Part shown: one piece after another, positions 41,777 to 51,585 of the stretch
Layout: each line of letters opens with the position of its first letter
Numbering within the stretch: position 1 is the stretch's first letter
Source of the DNA: Candidatus Velthaea sp.
GTDB taxonomy: Bacteria > Vulcanimicrobiota > Vulcanimicrobiia > Vulcanimicrobiales > Vulcanimicrobiaceae
DNA: 64,000 nt
NCBI GenBank assembly: GCA_965214935.1
Contig: CBDCCS010000002.1
Coordinates: 1 to 64,000 of the forward strand
Reading direction: 5' to 3'
Notes under the pieces: generated by a model
The model's database searches: none
What the model saw: only the letters and a program-made list of their open reading frames with translations
Told to the model about the DNA's origin: nothing
Program-made: the position numbers and the translations under genes

Positions 41777-43611
41777 ACGGCGGCAAGTTCTCCGCCCGAG
41801 CGAATCGCGCTAAACCACGCCGGTGCCGACGGCAACGCCCCTTGCAGATCCAGCGTCCACCATTGGCCGGCGCCTGCCGACGCCGGTGTCAGCCCGTTGC
41901 TTCCATAAAACTCATGCACGAGAGTGTTTTTGGGCGATACAATCAGTTCTCCATGAAGTTCGGTGCAGCCGCGCTCCGCGCTGTCCGCGGCTATTTGCGC
42001 CAAGAGTGCCCGTTCGACACCGCGGCCGATGACGCGGCAACTCATCAAAAATGTGTCGACACGTGCAATTTGCCCGGCATCGTGCACGAATGCAACAGCA
42101 ATGATTCCGGCTTTGTCAAACCGATCTTGCAATTCGGCGTAATACACGTACCAAGCCGGATCGGCGAGCATGTTCTGAACGTCGCCCTCGGAATATCGCC
42201 GCGTCGTGAGGTTAAATTGGTTGGTTTTCTGCGTTAATTGCGCGATGCGCGGAACGCTAAAAGGCGTTCCGCGCGAAATGGTAAGCACCATATCGAGCGA
42301 CGCCAAGTAGTCGTCGATGGAGCCGGCCGTCGCTTTGAGCTCGGAACGCCGCGCTTCCGAGCGGTACATCTCGCTGCGGCGACGGTCCTCATCGCTGAGC
42401 GCCAGCGTGTCGAACAAGCCCGACGTCCGCAGCAAACGCGCGTAGCGCGTCGGATCGGACGGCAGTTCGATCGTCGTTACCTGCGGCAGCGTCTCGCGCA
42501 CAAACTGACACTCGAACGCGTTATCGTCGATAAAGACCAGACTATCGAGACCGATATTGAGTTCTGCTGCGATCTCACGCAGGTTTTGCGCTTTATCGTT
42601 CCAGTTGATTTTCATTGCAACGAAATGATCGGGACGCAGAAGTGAGTTGGGATGCGTCTCGAGGACCGTGTACGCATCGGACCAATTATTTTTCGAGTTG
42701 ATCGCCAGCAAAACACCACGATTATAGAGATCACGAATCGCAGCGTGGAATTCTAAGAACGCCGAACCGGGATACGTTTCGCCGAGCGCGATGCCGTTGA
42801 AGCCGTCTTCGCCGATCACGCCACCCCAAAGCGTGTTGTCGCAATCGAGGACCAGGCACTTTTTTCCTTTGCCCTTAAGAGCTGCAGCGAATTTGACGTA
42901 TTCACGCGCGACGCGCTGCATGAACGCAAAGGAATATGGTGCGCGGCCGATATGCCAATACCGGTCGTCGAGTGCGGCCTCATACCCCGCTTGGCCGAGA
43001 AGATGCGCGACATCAACGATGTAACATGCACTTAGCGCCGCAATCCGCCGCGCAAGCTCGGTATTAAGCGCTTGAATGACGGGGGCTTGACCGCGTTCGA
43101 GTTGCGCGTCCAAAATGCCGAATGCAGGCGCGATCGGAAGCTCGAAATTATGTACGAGAACGACGGCGGCCGAGCGCTCCCGGATCGCCGACACGATGCC
43201 GACGACCCGGTCGAGAGTTGACGCAACGAGATCATCGATTTCCGCCGCCGTTAAACTCACGAAATCGAGCACGAGGCGCGGTGCCAGCGTACGAAGTTGC
43301 AACGCAACGACGGCAATATGCGGCTGTCCTGCATACAGCACACCGGCCGGATCGAACACTTCTTGCTGCGCTGCATCAAATTCACCCAAGGCGACCCGCG
43401 CCGTTAAGCCGCTCTTAGCGGCTTCAACTTTGAGTGCGGCAGGCAGTCCGGGCTCGAGTGTAATGTTACGCAGAATCGCAAATCGGACGCTATCTTCTTC
43501 GCTCGGCAAGCGGTCTAATTTCGATGCGGTCGCCATGATCTTGGCCATCGTCGGTTCCGGCCCGAGAGCGTCGAGGATGTCGCTCCGTGACCCGACTGGT
43601 GTAATGCTCAT
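41773..43611 (-). CDS. FkbH-like HAD-IIIC glyceryl transferase/phosphatase
   Basis: KCLVLDCDNTLWGGVIGEDG, SKNN, INW.DK..N...IA.ELNIG.DS.VFIDDN.FE, QL.QKTNQFNLTTRRY, DRF...G, FLMSCRVIGR. Confidence 0.93.
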   Translation of the reverse strand: MSITPVGSRSDILDALGPEPTMAKIMATASKLDRLPSEEDSVRFAILRNITLEPGLPAALKVEAAKSGLTARVALGEFDAAQQEVFDPAGVLYAGQPHIAVVALQLRTLAPRLVLDFVSLTAAEIDDLVASTLDRVVGIVSAIRERSAAVVLVHNFELPIAPAFGILDAQLERGQAPVIQALNTELARRIAALSACYIVDVAHLLGQAGYEAALDDRYWHIGRAPYSFAFMQRVAREYVKFAAALKGKGKKCLVLDCDNTLWGGVIGEDGFNGIALGETYPGSAFLEFHAAIRDLYNRGVLLAINSKNNWSDAYTVLETHPNSLLRPDHFVAMKINWNDKAQNLREIAAELNIGLDSLVFIDDNAFECQFVRETLPQVTTIELPSDPTRYARLLRTSGLFDTLALSDEDRRRSEMYRSEARRSELKATAGSIDDYLASLDMVLTISRGTPFSVPRIAQLTQKTNQFNLTTRRYSEGDVQNMLADPAWYVYYAELQDRFDKAGIIAVAFVHDAGQIARVDTFLMSCRVIGRGVERALLAQIAADSAERGCTELHGELIVSPKNTLVHEFYGSNGLTPASAGAGQWWTLDLQGALPSAPAWFSAIRSGGELAAV

Positions 43612-43730
43612 ATCTCTATGTACCTTTCAAACAAGGCCTGTACGCCGCTCTACCCGTTATCGTCGAACCGCGCTACAAGCGTCGCGCCACCCGAACTTGC
43701 CGGGTCCGCCTTAGGCTTCGGTCACCGGTT

Positions 43731-45098
43731 TCACGCCCAGAGCGGCGACTTCGGTTGTTCCGCCAGTGAAGGACGCACGTCCCAAGCAGCACGTTGCCCA
43801 TCATCGCCCGGCTCGTGGCGCAGCGCGAGACCTAACACGATCCAGAAGAAAAACCCCGGCAACGCGTCATGAAAATCCGACGAAAGGTCGAGCCCGATCA
43901 ACGCGGCTTGTACGCTTAAACCGGCGATCGCGAGTTGTTGAAACGTGATATTGCGCGTTTTGAGCGCTGCGGCCAGCGCTTGAAACCCAAAAATGATCCC
44001 GCATGCCAACGTTGCGATGTAGCAGATGAAGCCGGCGATGCCCATCTCGAGAAAGCGAGCGAGATACCCGTTGTCGAGCACCGCCGTCCCGCTGCCGCCT
44101 TCTTCAAGTTTCACGCCTCCGCCGACGCTGCCTAAGCCCTGCCCGAGCGGCTCGGCCAAACCTTGATGCAGCGCGTAACTCGATTCGGCGCGACGCGCGT
44201 TTACCGACTCGTCTTCATCGACGCTGCCGAGCGTGTTGATTCGCTGCTGTAATTGCTGAGTTAGCGCCGGATTTCCTAATAACGTCGACGCGTTTAAAAG
44301 CAGCACGGCGGACGTGATAAAAACTGCGCCCAGTGCGAGAATCGCTTGACCGCGCTTCGGGCTTAACACCAAGTAAGCGACGATGCCGACGGCGAGCGCG
44401 AGCCACGACGAACGGACGTTCGTCAACGTCAGCGCGGCCATGCAAGCCAGCGTTCCCAATAACGGCCATGGCCGCCGCAGCGTTAACCGCTGTACGTTCA
44501 AGAGAATAACGGCGACCAAAAACAGCGACAACGTTCCGGGGGAGTTTAACGTACTGAACGGCCGCAAACCGAACGGCTCGGCAACGCCGAGACTAATTTG
44601 ATTCGCGTTATTGACATATTCGACGTCCCACGGCGGCGGCGCGACGTACTGAAAGATCGCGTATACGCTCGCGAAACTTCCGAGCCAAAGCAGGGTGACG
44701 GTCAGCGTTGCAAACGTTTCGGCGCGCGACGCCGGCCGCATGATGACCCAAGCGCCGATAAGCATCGGTAAGCAAAACTCGGCAAAATCGTAAACCGCGC
44801 CGAACTTGCTGCCGGCCGCGAACGCAACGATGAGTGAATAGCCGAATCCAAATAACCAGAAGAACGCGAGTACCTTAAACGGCAACCGCACCCGCTCGGC
44901 CGATTTGCTCCGGATGACGAATATAATCAGCGGCAACAACGAAAGCAACGGCAAAATACTGATAATTGAAAGCGGCGTGCGACCGACTTGCCAATCGATG
45001 AGCCGTCGCAGTCCCGGCGCTAAACACCATAGCGCCAGAACCGTCGGCAGGTACCAGCGCTCGAAAAGTTCGCCGATACGCCGACCCGAAACGTTCAT
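43731..45098 (-). CDS. Wzy polymerase / O-antigen ligase family membrane protein
   Basis: About 12 transmembrane segments; R.FST...P, T.VRSSW, PLG.GLG, DNGYL....E.G..G. Confidence 0.8.
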   Translation of the reverse strand: MNVSGRRIGELFERWYLPTVLALWCLAPGLRRLIDWQVGRTPLSIISILPLLSLLPLIIFVIRSKSAERVRLPFKVLAFFWLFGFGYSLIVAFAAGSKFGAVYDFAEFCLPMLIGAWVIMRPASRAETFATLTVTLLWLGSFASVYAIFQYVAPPPWDVEYVNNANQISLGVAEPFGLRPFSTLNSPGTLSLFLVAVILLNVQRLTLRRPWPLLGTLACMAALTLTNVRSSWLALAVGIVAYLVLSPKRGQAILALGAVFITSAVLLLNASTLLGNPALTQQLQQRINTLGSVDEDESVNARRAESSYALHQGLAEPLGQGLGSVGGGVKLEEGGSGTAVLDNGYLARFLEMGIAGFICYIATLACGIIFGFQALAAALKTRNITFQQLAIAGLSVQAALIGLDLSSDFHDALPGFFFWIVLGLALRHEPGDDGQRAAWDVRPSLAEQPKSPLWA

Positions 45099-46084
45099 AC
45101 GAAAATGTGACTCTCTTTTGCGTACCAGGCATACGTTGCGCGCAAGCCGTCTTCAAGCGATGTCTTCGCCGTCCAACCGTATGTGCGGGCACGCTCGAGA
45201 TCTGGACGGCGACGCTGCGGATCGCCATCGCGCCCGGCGACAAATTCAGCGCTGAAATCGAGCGACAGTACCGCCGCCAGAGCCTTTGCGATATCGATAA
45301 TGCTGCGTTCGTCATCGCTGCCGACATTGACCGGCGCTAACGCGCGGTTATCGCCGAGCGTAACGCGGTCGAGCAAATCGATCGCGTCATCAACGTAGGT
45401 CATCGACCGGGTCTGCAAACCGGTGCCTTGAATTGGAAACGGACGCCGCTCGATCGCCGCGTCAATGAGCGCTGGTACGAGCCGTCCGTCACTGGTCTGC
45501 ATTCGCGGTCCATAACAATTGAAGAACCGCACAATCCGCGCGTCTAAGTTGCGAGCCGTGACCGCGGCGGCAACGGCTGCTTCGGCAAAACGCTTGCCCT
45601 CATCGTAACACGAGCGCGGCCCGATCGGGTCGACATTACCGAAGTATGTTTCCGGTTGCGGATGTACGAGTGGATCGCCATAAATCTCCGAGGTCGAAGA
45701 ATAGACGAATCGCGCGCCGCGTTCGAGCGCAATATCAATGAGCGACATCGTGCCGACGCCGTTGACGGCGAGTGTTTCCCACGGATGCTGCTGATACGCG
45801 CTTGGACTCGCCGGCGAAGCGAGGTGGTACAGCTTGGACACCTTTGCCGGCGCGTTTGCCCGGGCCAAAATTGCTTGTAGTTCACCGGCCGTCGTCGCCA
45901 CATCGGCGTAGATGAAGGTTGCGCGGCCGCCGGCAATCGCATCGGCAAGATTCGCAAGGCGACCGGTGGTTAGATTATCGAGAACGATAACATGCTCGCC
46001 GCGCTTGACGAGCATGTCGACGAGGTGACTCCCGAGGAAGCCCGCCCCGCCCGTTACAATGCTCGCGATCGCTTCGCTTTTCAC
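45095..46084 (-). CDS. UDP-glucuronate decarboxylase-like NAD-dependent epimerase/dehydratase
   Basis: TGGAGFLGSH, HLASPASP, STSEIYGDP..HPQ.E.Y.GNV.PIGPRSCYDEGKR, FNCYGPRM. Confidence 0.9.
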   Translation of the reverse strand: MKSEAIASIVTGGAGFLGSHLVDMLVKRGEHVIVLDNLTTGRLANLADAIAGGRATFIYADVATTAGELQAILARANAPAKVSKLYHLASPASPSAYQQHPWETLAVNGVGTMSLIDIALERGARFVYSSTSEIYGDPLVHPQPETYFGNVDPIGPRSCYDEGKRFAEAAVAAAVTARNLDARIVRFFNCYGPRMQTSDGRLVPALIDAAIERRPFPIQGTGLQTRSMTYVDDAIDLLDRVTLGDNRALAPVNVGSDDERSIIDIAKALAAVLSLDFSAEFVAGRDGDPQRRRPDLERARTYGWTAKTSLEDGLRATYAWYAKESHIFV

Positions 46085-46096
46085 AACCGGCCGACG

Positions 46097-46834
46097 CTAC
46101 GAGACGACCGAGGAGCGTGCGGCAGTTTCAGCCGTATCACGCGAGGTTTCGGATGGTGCCGAGTGACGCGTCGTAATGTGACGCGGCGGAAAGACGATGC
46201 CTTTATCGGGTGTGGCAACACGGTCGCGGAAAGCCTTGATCATTTTGGGCGTTAGCGTCAAAGCGCCTAAGGTGTTGCTGCCGACGCGGGTCAACGTCTT
46301 AATCGCCTCATCGTCGGCGGTCGTGCCTAACCGGCCGAGCCGGATCGTCAGCATCGTCCCTTCGGCAACCGTCGCAAACAAAACCGCTAGATTGCTACGC
46401 GTGACCGGCGCCGTATCGACGACAATGTAATCGAAGTGAGCTTGGAGCTCTGCCATCGCTACACGAATCTTCTCCATCGACAAGCCCGTCTCAAGCCGCT
46501 CGTCGGCGAACGACAAGCCTTTGAAACGCTCGCCGGCGACCGGCTGAGCGTACTTGCTCACTTGGGCGAGTTCCGTGCGCGACAGTGCGACAGGCCGATG
46601 GGCTAAACGCGAAAGCGTCGGTGACTTGACGTTCGCGTCGATGAGCAGCACCCGATGCTCGGCTTCGGCTAGGGCCGCCGCTAAGCCGAACGCAGTGGCC
46701 GACTTACCGTCGCCCGCCGCAGCCGACGTAACGACGATGAGCGCCGGTTCGGCAAAGGTGGCCTCGATACGGGCCCGTAGTTGGCCGAATTGCTGCGCAT
46801 CGTTCGTGCTAATCATTGTATCCTTCACTTCCAT
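46097..46834 (-). CDS. CpsD/CapB-like P-loop protein (Wzc C-terminal domain)
   Basis: VTS...GDGKS, VLLIDAN, FDYIVVDTAP; no C-terminal tyrosine cluster. Confidence 0.8.
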   Translation of the reverse strand: MEVKDTMISTNDAQQFGQLRARIEATFAEPALIVVTSAAAGDGKSATAFGLAAALAEAEHRVLLIDANVKSPTLSRLAHRPVALSRTELAQVSKYAQPVAGERFKGLSFADERLETGLSMEKIRVAMAELQAHFDYIVVDTAPVTRSNLAVLFATVAEGTMLTIRLGRLGTTADDEAIKTLTRVGSNTLGALTLTPKMIKAFRDRVATPDKGIVFPPRHITTRHSAPSETSRDTAETAARSSVVS

Positions 46835-46835
46835 G

Positions 46836-48143
46836 TTAACGCGATCCTAAATTACCGATGACGGGAATTCCGTAGAGTTTTTCAACGGCTTCCGGCGAGC
46901 GCAGGCTGGGATCTAAAACATCGACTGCTAAACCGACCGAAAGAATAAGCGCGAGCATCAGTACGGCGACGACGACGTCCAGAGCGAGCCGTGGGATGCG
47001 CGGCGAAGCACCCGTTGCATGATCGATGACGACCACGGCACCTAATGAAGCGGCGGCGGCTTGATCGGCCTTGGTGGTATTGAGCCGCTCGATCGTCGCC
47101 GTGTAGGCGGCTTGTGCCGCTTCGCGCTGCGACCGCAGCACGTTCGTCGCAGCGCCGGTTATCGGCAAATCGTTGAGATGGCCTTGTGCAGTCGCGATTT
47201 GTGCGTCGATCGCGGCGACTCGCGCGCGGTCGCCGGCAGCCACCGCACTCGCGCTTCGGCGGGCAAGGACCGTCTGAGCGTAGGATACGCTCGAATCCGG
47301 AGTCGCGGAAACGGCTGAATGCTCGGCCGCATCCACGGCGGCGGTCTCCCGCGCGACCTGGTCGCGTAGACTTGCCAGACCGGGAAATGCGCTGGTGTAC
47401 TGCGAGCGCTGAAATTCAAGTGCTGCAGCGTCCCGTGATTGTCCGGTCCGCAGCGCTTGGACGTACGGGTCGTTCGTCAACACTTCGTGTTTGACGATCC
47501 CGGCAATCTCTCTGGGCTGCGCCGATTGCGCCGCCGCGATCGCTTCGTCACTGACGAGCGTTGCCGATGCGGTGCCGCGTTGCGTTTGGAGCGAGTCGAT
47601 CTGACCGGTGATGTTTTCAAGCGCCCGATCCGAGCCTGCGAATGAATCGCGCTGTGCGGCGTGCTGCAATTTTGCGTCGATCGATTGCATCTCATCGGTA
47701 TCGCGCTGCAGTGCAGACTGCAGATACGTCAACATCAGGTCGTACTGACCGCTCGAAAGTTCTTTGTAGTAATTGGTGGTTTCGTCGGCCAATGCGTTGG
47801 TGACGTCGCGTGCCAGCTTCACATTCTTGTCCCGGTACGAAATCGGCATGACGTCCGAGTGAATCCCCGGCTTGGCGTCGATGCGCGAGCGCAGCGAATC
47901 GGGATCGCCGAGCGAAAAACGCTTCGCAACCCGATTGATAACGGCGCCGCTGAGCGTTAAGGTGCCCATGTCGGAGCTCGGAATCATCGAGTCTTTACCG
48001 ACCATCATCACGTGGGCGACACCGACATATGTCGGCCGAATCGAATGCAGAACGAACGGCAGCGCAACAAGCGCAAGAATAAACGTTGCGACTAGCACGA
48101 TGCGCCGCCGTTGCAGCATGGCAAAGAAAGAATTACGCGTCAT
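46836..48143 (-). CDS. Polysaccharide co-polymerase (GumC/Wzc-N-like)
   Basis: Two terminal transmembrane helices around a coiled-coil periplasmic region; ends LD..L.S.E.VE...G.PV.G. Confidence 0.82.
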   Translation of the reverse strand: MTRNSFFAMLQRRRIVLVATFILALVALPFVLHSIRPTYVGVAHVMMVGKDSMIPSSDMGTLTLSGAVINRVAKRFSLGDPDSLRSRIDAKPGIHSDVMPISYRDKNVKLARDVTNALADETTNYYKELSSGQYDLMLTYLQSALQRDTDEMQSIDAKLQHAAQRDSFAGSDRALENITGQIDSLQTQRGTASATLVSDEAIAAAQSAQPREIAGIVKHEVLTNDPYVQALRTGQSRDAAALEFQRSQYTSAFPGLASLRDQVARETAAVDAAEHSAVSATPDSSVSYAQTVLARRSASAVAAGDRARVAAIDAQIATAQGHLNDLPITGAATNVLRSQREAAQAAYTATIERLNTTKADQAAAASLGAVVVIDHATGASPRIPRLALDVVVAVLMLALILSVGLAVDVLDPSLRSPEAVEKLYGIPVIGNLGSR

Positions 48144-48197
48144 GACATTCCTTTAACGCCGAGTGTGCGATTACGTTTGCGTCGAACCGCCCGCTGC

Positions 48198-48887
48198 TCA
48201 ATAGGCACCTTCGGTCGATATCAAGGTGCGAATCGTTCGTACCAGCACCGCAGCATCGGTGCTGTGCGACGCCTGCCGTATGTAATCTAAATCAAGCAGC
48301 GTTGCTTGCGGCATATGCAGCGGTACAGTCGAGCGGCACGTCGTCTGCCAGAATCCGGTTACACCGGGCGTCACGAGATGCCGCAGATGCTGCCACGATT
48401 CATACCCGCGCACGATAAACGGCATCTCCGGCCGTGGCCCGACCAGTGCCATATCGCCGATGAGGACGTTGAGCAATTGCGGGATTTCATCGATCGACGA
48501 ACGGCGTAGCCAATATCCGGCGCGCGTAATGCGCGGATCGCGGCCGGTCGTCGGAGACAGACCATCGACGCATTTTTCTTTCTTCATCGTGCGCAGCTTA
48601 TAGATGGTGAAAAGCTTGCCGAAACGTCCGACCCGACGTTGCCGGAAAAGAATCGGCCGGCCGTCTTCGATAAGAATAGCGATTCCCGCAACGATAAGAA
48701 TCGGGGCGGCCACGAGCAGCATGGCGAGAGCGACGCAGACGTCGATGACGCGCCGCAAACGCATATATCCGACGTTCTCACGGAAAACAATGAGGTCCGG
48801 TTGCGTCGCAGATCGGCGGGCGTCGCGCCCGGTCCGGTCCGTCTCGTGTGCGATCGTCGGGAGCGTCGTCATATTGAGCGTATTCAT
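48198..48887 (-). CDS. Priming phosphoglycosyltransferase (bacterial sugar transferase)
   Basis: RRVID, F.Q.RVG..G..F.IYKLRTM, DPRIT..G..LRR.SIDE.PQL.NVL.GDM.LVGPRPE, PG.TG.WQ. Confidence 0.93.
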   Translation of the reverse strand: MNTLNMTTLPTIAHETDRTGRDARRSATQPDLIVFRENVGYMRLRRVIDVCVALAMLLVAAPILIVAGIAILIEDGRPILFRQRRVGRFGKLFTIYKLRTMKKEKCVDGLSPTTGRDPRITRAGYWLRRSSIDEIPQLLNVLIGDMALVGPRPEMPFIVRGYESWQHLRHLVTPGVTGFWQTTCRSTVPLHMPQATLLDLDYIRQASHSTDAAVLVRTIRTLISTEGAY

Positions 48888-50026
48888 TACTTGGTTTGCA
48901 CCGTTTGCGGTATGAGGCGCGTCGACGCGTTCACGCCGAGACCCAGCGCCGCGAAGACGGGCGACCAATCAATCTTATGACCTTCGGGCACGAAGACGGT
49001 ATCGCCGTCGGCAAGCGGCGGGTTTTGGGAAATGTCGCCGTGGGTCAATGCCGTCACATCGTATTGCGTGCGCTGGCCCTGATGCAGCACTTGCACTTTT
49101 TTAAGATCGGCCCACTTCTGTATGCCGTTCGCACCGTACAGAGCGCTGAGCAGCGTCGAATCGGTCTTGAGCTGAACGTCGCCCGGCTTGACGACCATGC
49201 CGACGACATTGATGACCGGCGCGCGCGGCACGGTAATGATATCGCCCGGCTGCGCCGGCTGCGAGAATTCCGGGCTGCCGAATGCGACGACGCGACGTAC
49301 GCCGCCGCGCTCGATCGTAATATTGCTCGTTGCCGACGTCGGCAACTCACCGCCCGCTTGCGTTACCGCCGTCGAAATCGCATCGGACGAATTGAGATAT
49401 GCGATGCCGGGTTGCCGTACTTCGCCTAGCACCGTGACGCTGACCGGCTTGTCCCGTAACGCAATCGTATCGCCGGACTCGAGAACCGGCGACATGCCCG
49501 CCGCGATCGAACTCGTGCTGGCATCATAGGGCCCCAGCGCGATTCCGTCCCGCACGATCGAGACGTGGCGCAAATCAACGCGTCCATGGTCGAGATCGAA
49601 TGTTGCTTGCTGGGCAGGCTGTACGCCGAGCGCCGTGGTTTGCGTACGCAGCTGCGCAAGCGCGCTTGAAAGATTTTCGCCCGGGCTGTACGCCAGGACT
49701 CCGCCCGGACCACCCGCTACGAAAATCGACTGCGCCTGTGACAACACCTGGACGTCGACGGCAACCTTGCGAACGTACGGTTGCAGACGGTACCGGACAC
49801 GCTGCGAGATTTGCATTGCATCGAGGTTCGTCGTATCGACGCCGCCTGCGAGCGGCAGCGAGATGAAGCCTGACCCATCGACGGTTGCTTGTCCGGATAA
49901 CTCCGGATGGTTATAAACGAGAACGGCAACGCGGTCGCCGGGGTGGACCTTGGCAATCGCGGGTGCGGCCGCACTCGCGATGAACATCGCAGAGAGCGCA
50001 AGGGTTCGACCCAGTATTGTCGGCAA
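48887..50026 (-). CDS. Polysaccharide export protein (Wza/OPX-like, SLBB repeats)
   Basis: PGD.V.V.V...PELS....VD..G.ISLPL.G export motif; repeated V.V.G.V..PG; signal peptide without a lipobox cysteine. Confidence 0.85.
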   Translation of the reverse strand: MPTILGRTLALSAMFIASAAAPAIAKVHPGDRVAVLVYNHPELSGQATVDGSGFISLPLAGGVDTTNLDAMQISQRVRYRLQPYVRKVAVDVQVLSQAQSIFVAGGPGGVLAYSPGENLSSALAQLRTQTTALGVQPAQQATFDLDHGRVDLRHVSIVRDGIALGPYDASTSSIAAGMSPVLESGDTIALRDKPVSVTVLGEVRQPGIAYLNSSDAISTAVTQAGGELPTSATSNITIERGGVRRVVAFGSPEFSQPAQPGDIITVPRAPVINVVGMVVKPGDVQLKTDSTLLSALYGANGIQKWADLKKVQVLHQGQRTQYDVTALTHGDISQNPPLADGDTVFVPEGHKIDWSPVFAALGLGVNASTRLIPQTVQTK

Positions 50027-50167
50027 TTGACGGCCTCTTCAAGAAATGAGCGAGACGTTCGGCAGCCGGTTACTCGTTGAATAATCGCTGGTTGCCGAGA
50101 TACCGCGTGAATAGCGGTGATTGCAAGTCCATGTCGTGGTGTTACACGGTAGAACTCGTTCACCGGC

Positions 50168-50176
50168 AGTATACCA
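50168..50176 (-). promoter_or_regulatory. Candidate extended -10 promoter for the export operon
   Basis: Minus strand TGGTATACT about 140 nt upstream of the Wza-like start; no good -35; AT-rich tract upstream. Confidence 0.4.
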
Positions 50177-50726
50177 TAGAACGCCGCAATGCCATGGTTC
50201 GTTTTGATTTAAATTAATCTCCATAGCGCCTCATACCGACCGGTACTGCTTTGCCCGTTATGGAACGGTAGCCGCTGTGATGCAAAGTTCCAAATAGCGC
50301 ATGCGCGGTGCAAAGATTTTCTCATACGGCTAATTCCGTATCTCGGAGTTACAACGGCGGCACGTTAATTAATTAGCGAGCCGGCTGATCCGTTCGACGT
50401 AACGCGCTCAGCGGAGTCTCGTACATCGATTGCTACAGCGCCGCTCCGCCGTCGGCCGGGCGACGAATGCCGATGGCGAACGAACAAACCCGGCAATCGC
50501 CATTTAAATTATTCGCGTCGGCGTCTAGAAGCGGAATCGAGCCGTTATATGCGCACGAACACAGTTGCCGGCAACGTAACGCGCGCTGCCGATTGTCGGT
50601 CGAACGTTCGCAAATGCTGCGCCGGATCGCAGCCGATTTTTGCCTCACGCGGCAGGTCAGGATAGAGTCGAATGGTTAATACGCTTGCTAAGTATGCGAG
50701 ACGAACATCGTGAGTCGACGCAAGAA

Positions 50727-51581
50727 ATGGTCCGGCCGATTCGGACAACGGCTCGCAGCGGCACTGTGACCATTCGTTCGGACGAGTCGCCGGCCGAATT
50801 GCGACGGCGTTACGATGACGCGAAGCCGTTCCGGCATATCCTGTTCGATAATTTTCTCGATGCGAGCGACGCTAGCGCGATTGCCGATGCGTTCCCCAAG
50901 CCGCAGGGCGTCGATCGCGTATTAGCCTCGCTATTCGCCGCACGAACTTACAATAGCGATCTCACCGGAGTTGACGAGCAAATCGGCCGCGTTTTTACGA
51001 TGCTGGGCGCTCCCGACTTCATTGCGTGGCTCGAAGCGATCACCGGCATTCCGAAGTTACAGATCGATGAAGATTTTATCGGCGCGGGTTTGCACCAAGC
51101 CGTTAACGGCAGCAGTCTTCCGGTACACGCCGATCATAATACTCATCCGAAAAACAACGCGCTTTACCGCCGTCTGAATTTACTCATTTACATGAATCCG
51201 CGCTGGGAACCGCAATGGGGCGGCATTCTCGAGTTGTGGGACCGCGATGCCGCGGCTCCGGCAGTCTCGGTCGTGCCGTTGCTCAATCGCTGCATCGTCA
51301 TGGAAGTCAACGACCGGGCGTTTCACGGCTATCGTCAAGTCCGCGTGCCTGACGGGATCGCGCGAAATGCAATCGTCGTCTACTACTATTCGCCGCAACC
51401 GGCGCCACTGCAAGAAATCGATCCGCACCCGACGATCTTTCCGGTTGCCGGTCAGTCGGCCGGCACGTTGCTGGTGCGCCGAATCCGGCACGGATTGCTG
51501 CTCCGTATACTCGCTGCAAAGGACCGCCTGAAGCGGAGAATCGGCGATCCGCGTAAGGTTGACAAATCCGCGGATCGTTAG
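50727..51581 (+). CDS. 2OG-Fe(II) oxygenase family protein
   Basis: PF.H...DNFL, G.GLH, HADHN, RRLN.L.Y.N..W...WGG.LELW, P..NR, FHG. Start codon uncertain. Confidence 0.85.
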   Translation: MVRPIRTTARSGTVTIRSDESPAELRRRYDDAKPFRHILFDNFLDASDASAIADAFPKPQGVDRVLASLFAARTYNSDLTGVDEQIGRVFTMLGAPDFIAWLEAITGIPKLQIDEDFIGAGLHQAVNGSSLPVHADHNTHPKNNALYRRLNLLIYMNPRWEPQWGGILELWDRDAAAPAVSVVPLLNRCIVMEVNDRAFHGYRQVRVPDGIARNAIVVYYYSPQPAPLQEIDPHPTIFPVAGQSAGTLLVRRIRHGLLLRILAAKDRLKRRIGDPRKVDKSADR

Positions 51582-51585
51582 CTTT

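Noticed and set aside
50225..50260. c-di-GMP-I riboswitch-like GGGCAAAG upstream of the export operon
   Set aside because: No GNRA-capped stem and no downstream GACGCAAA element.
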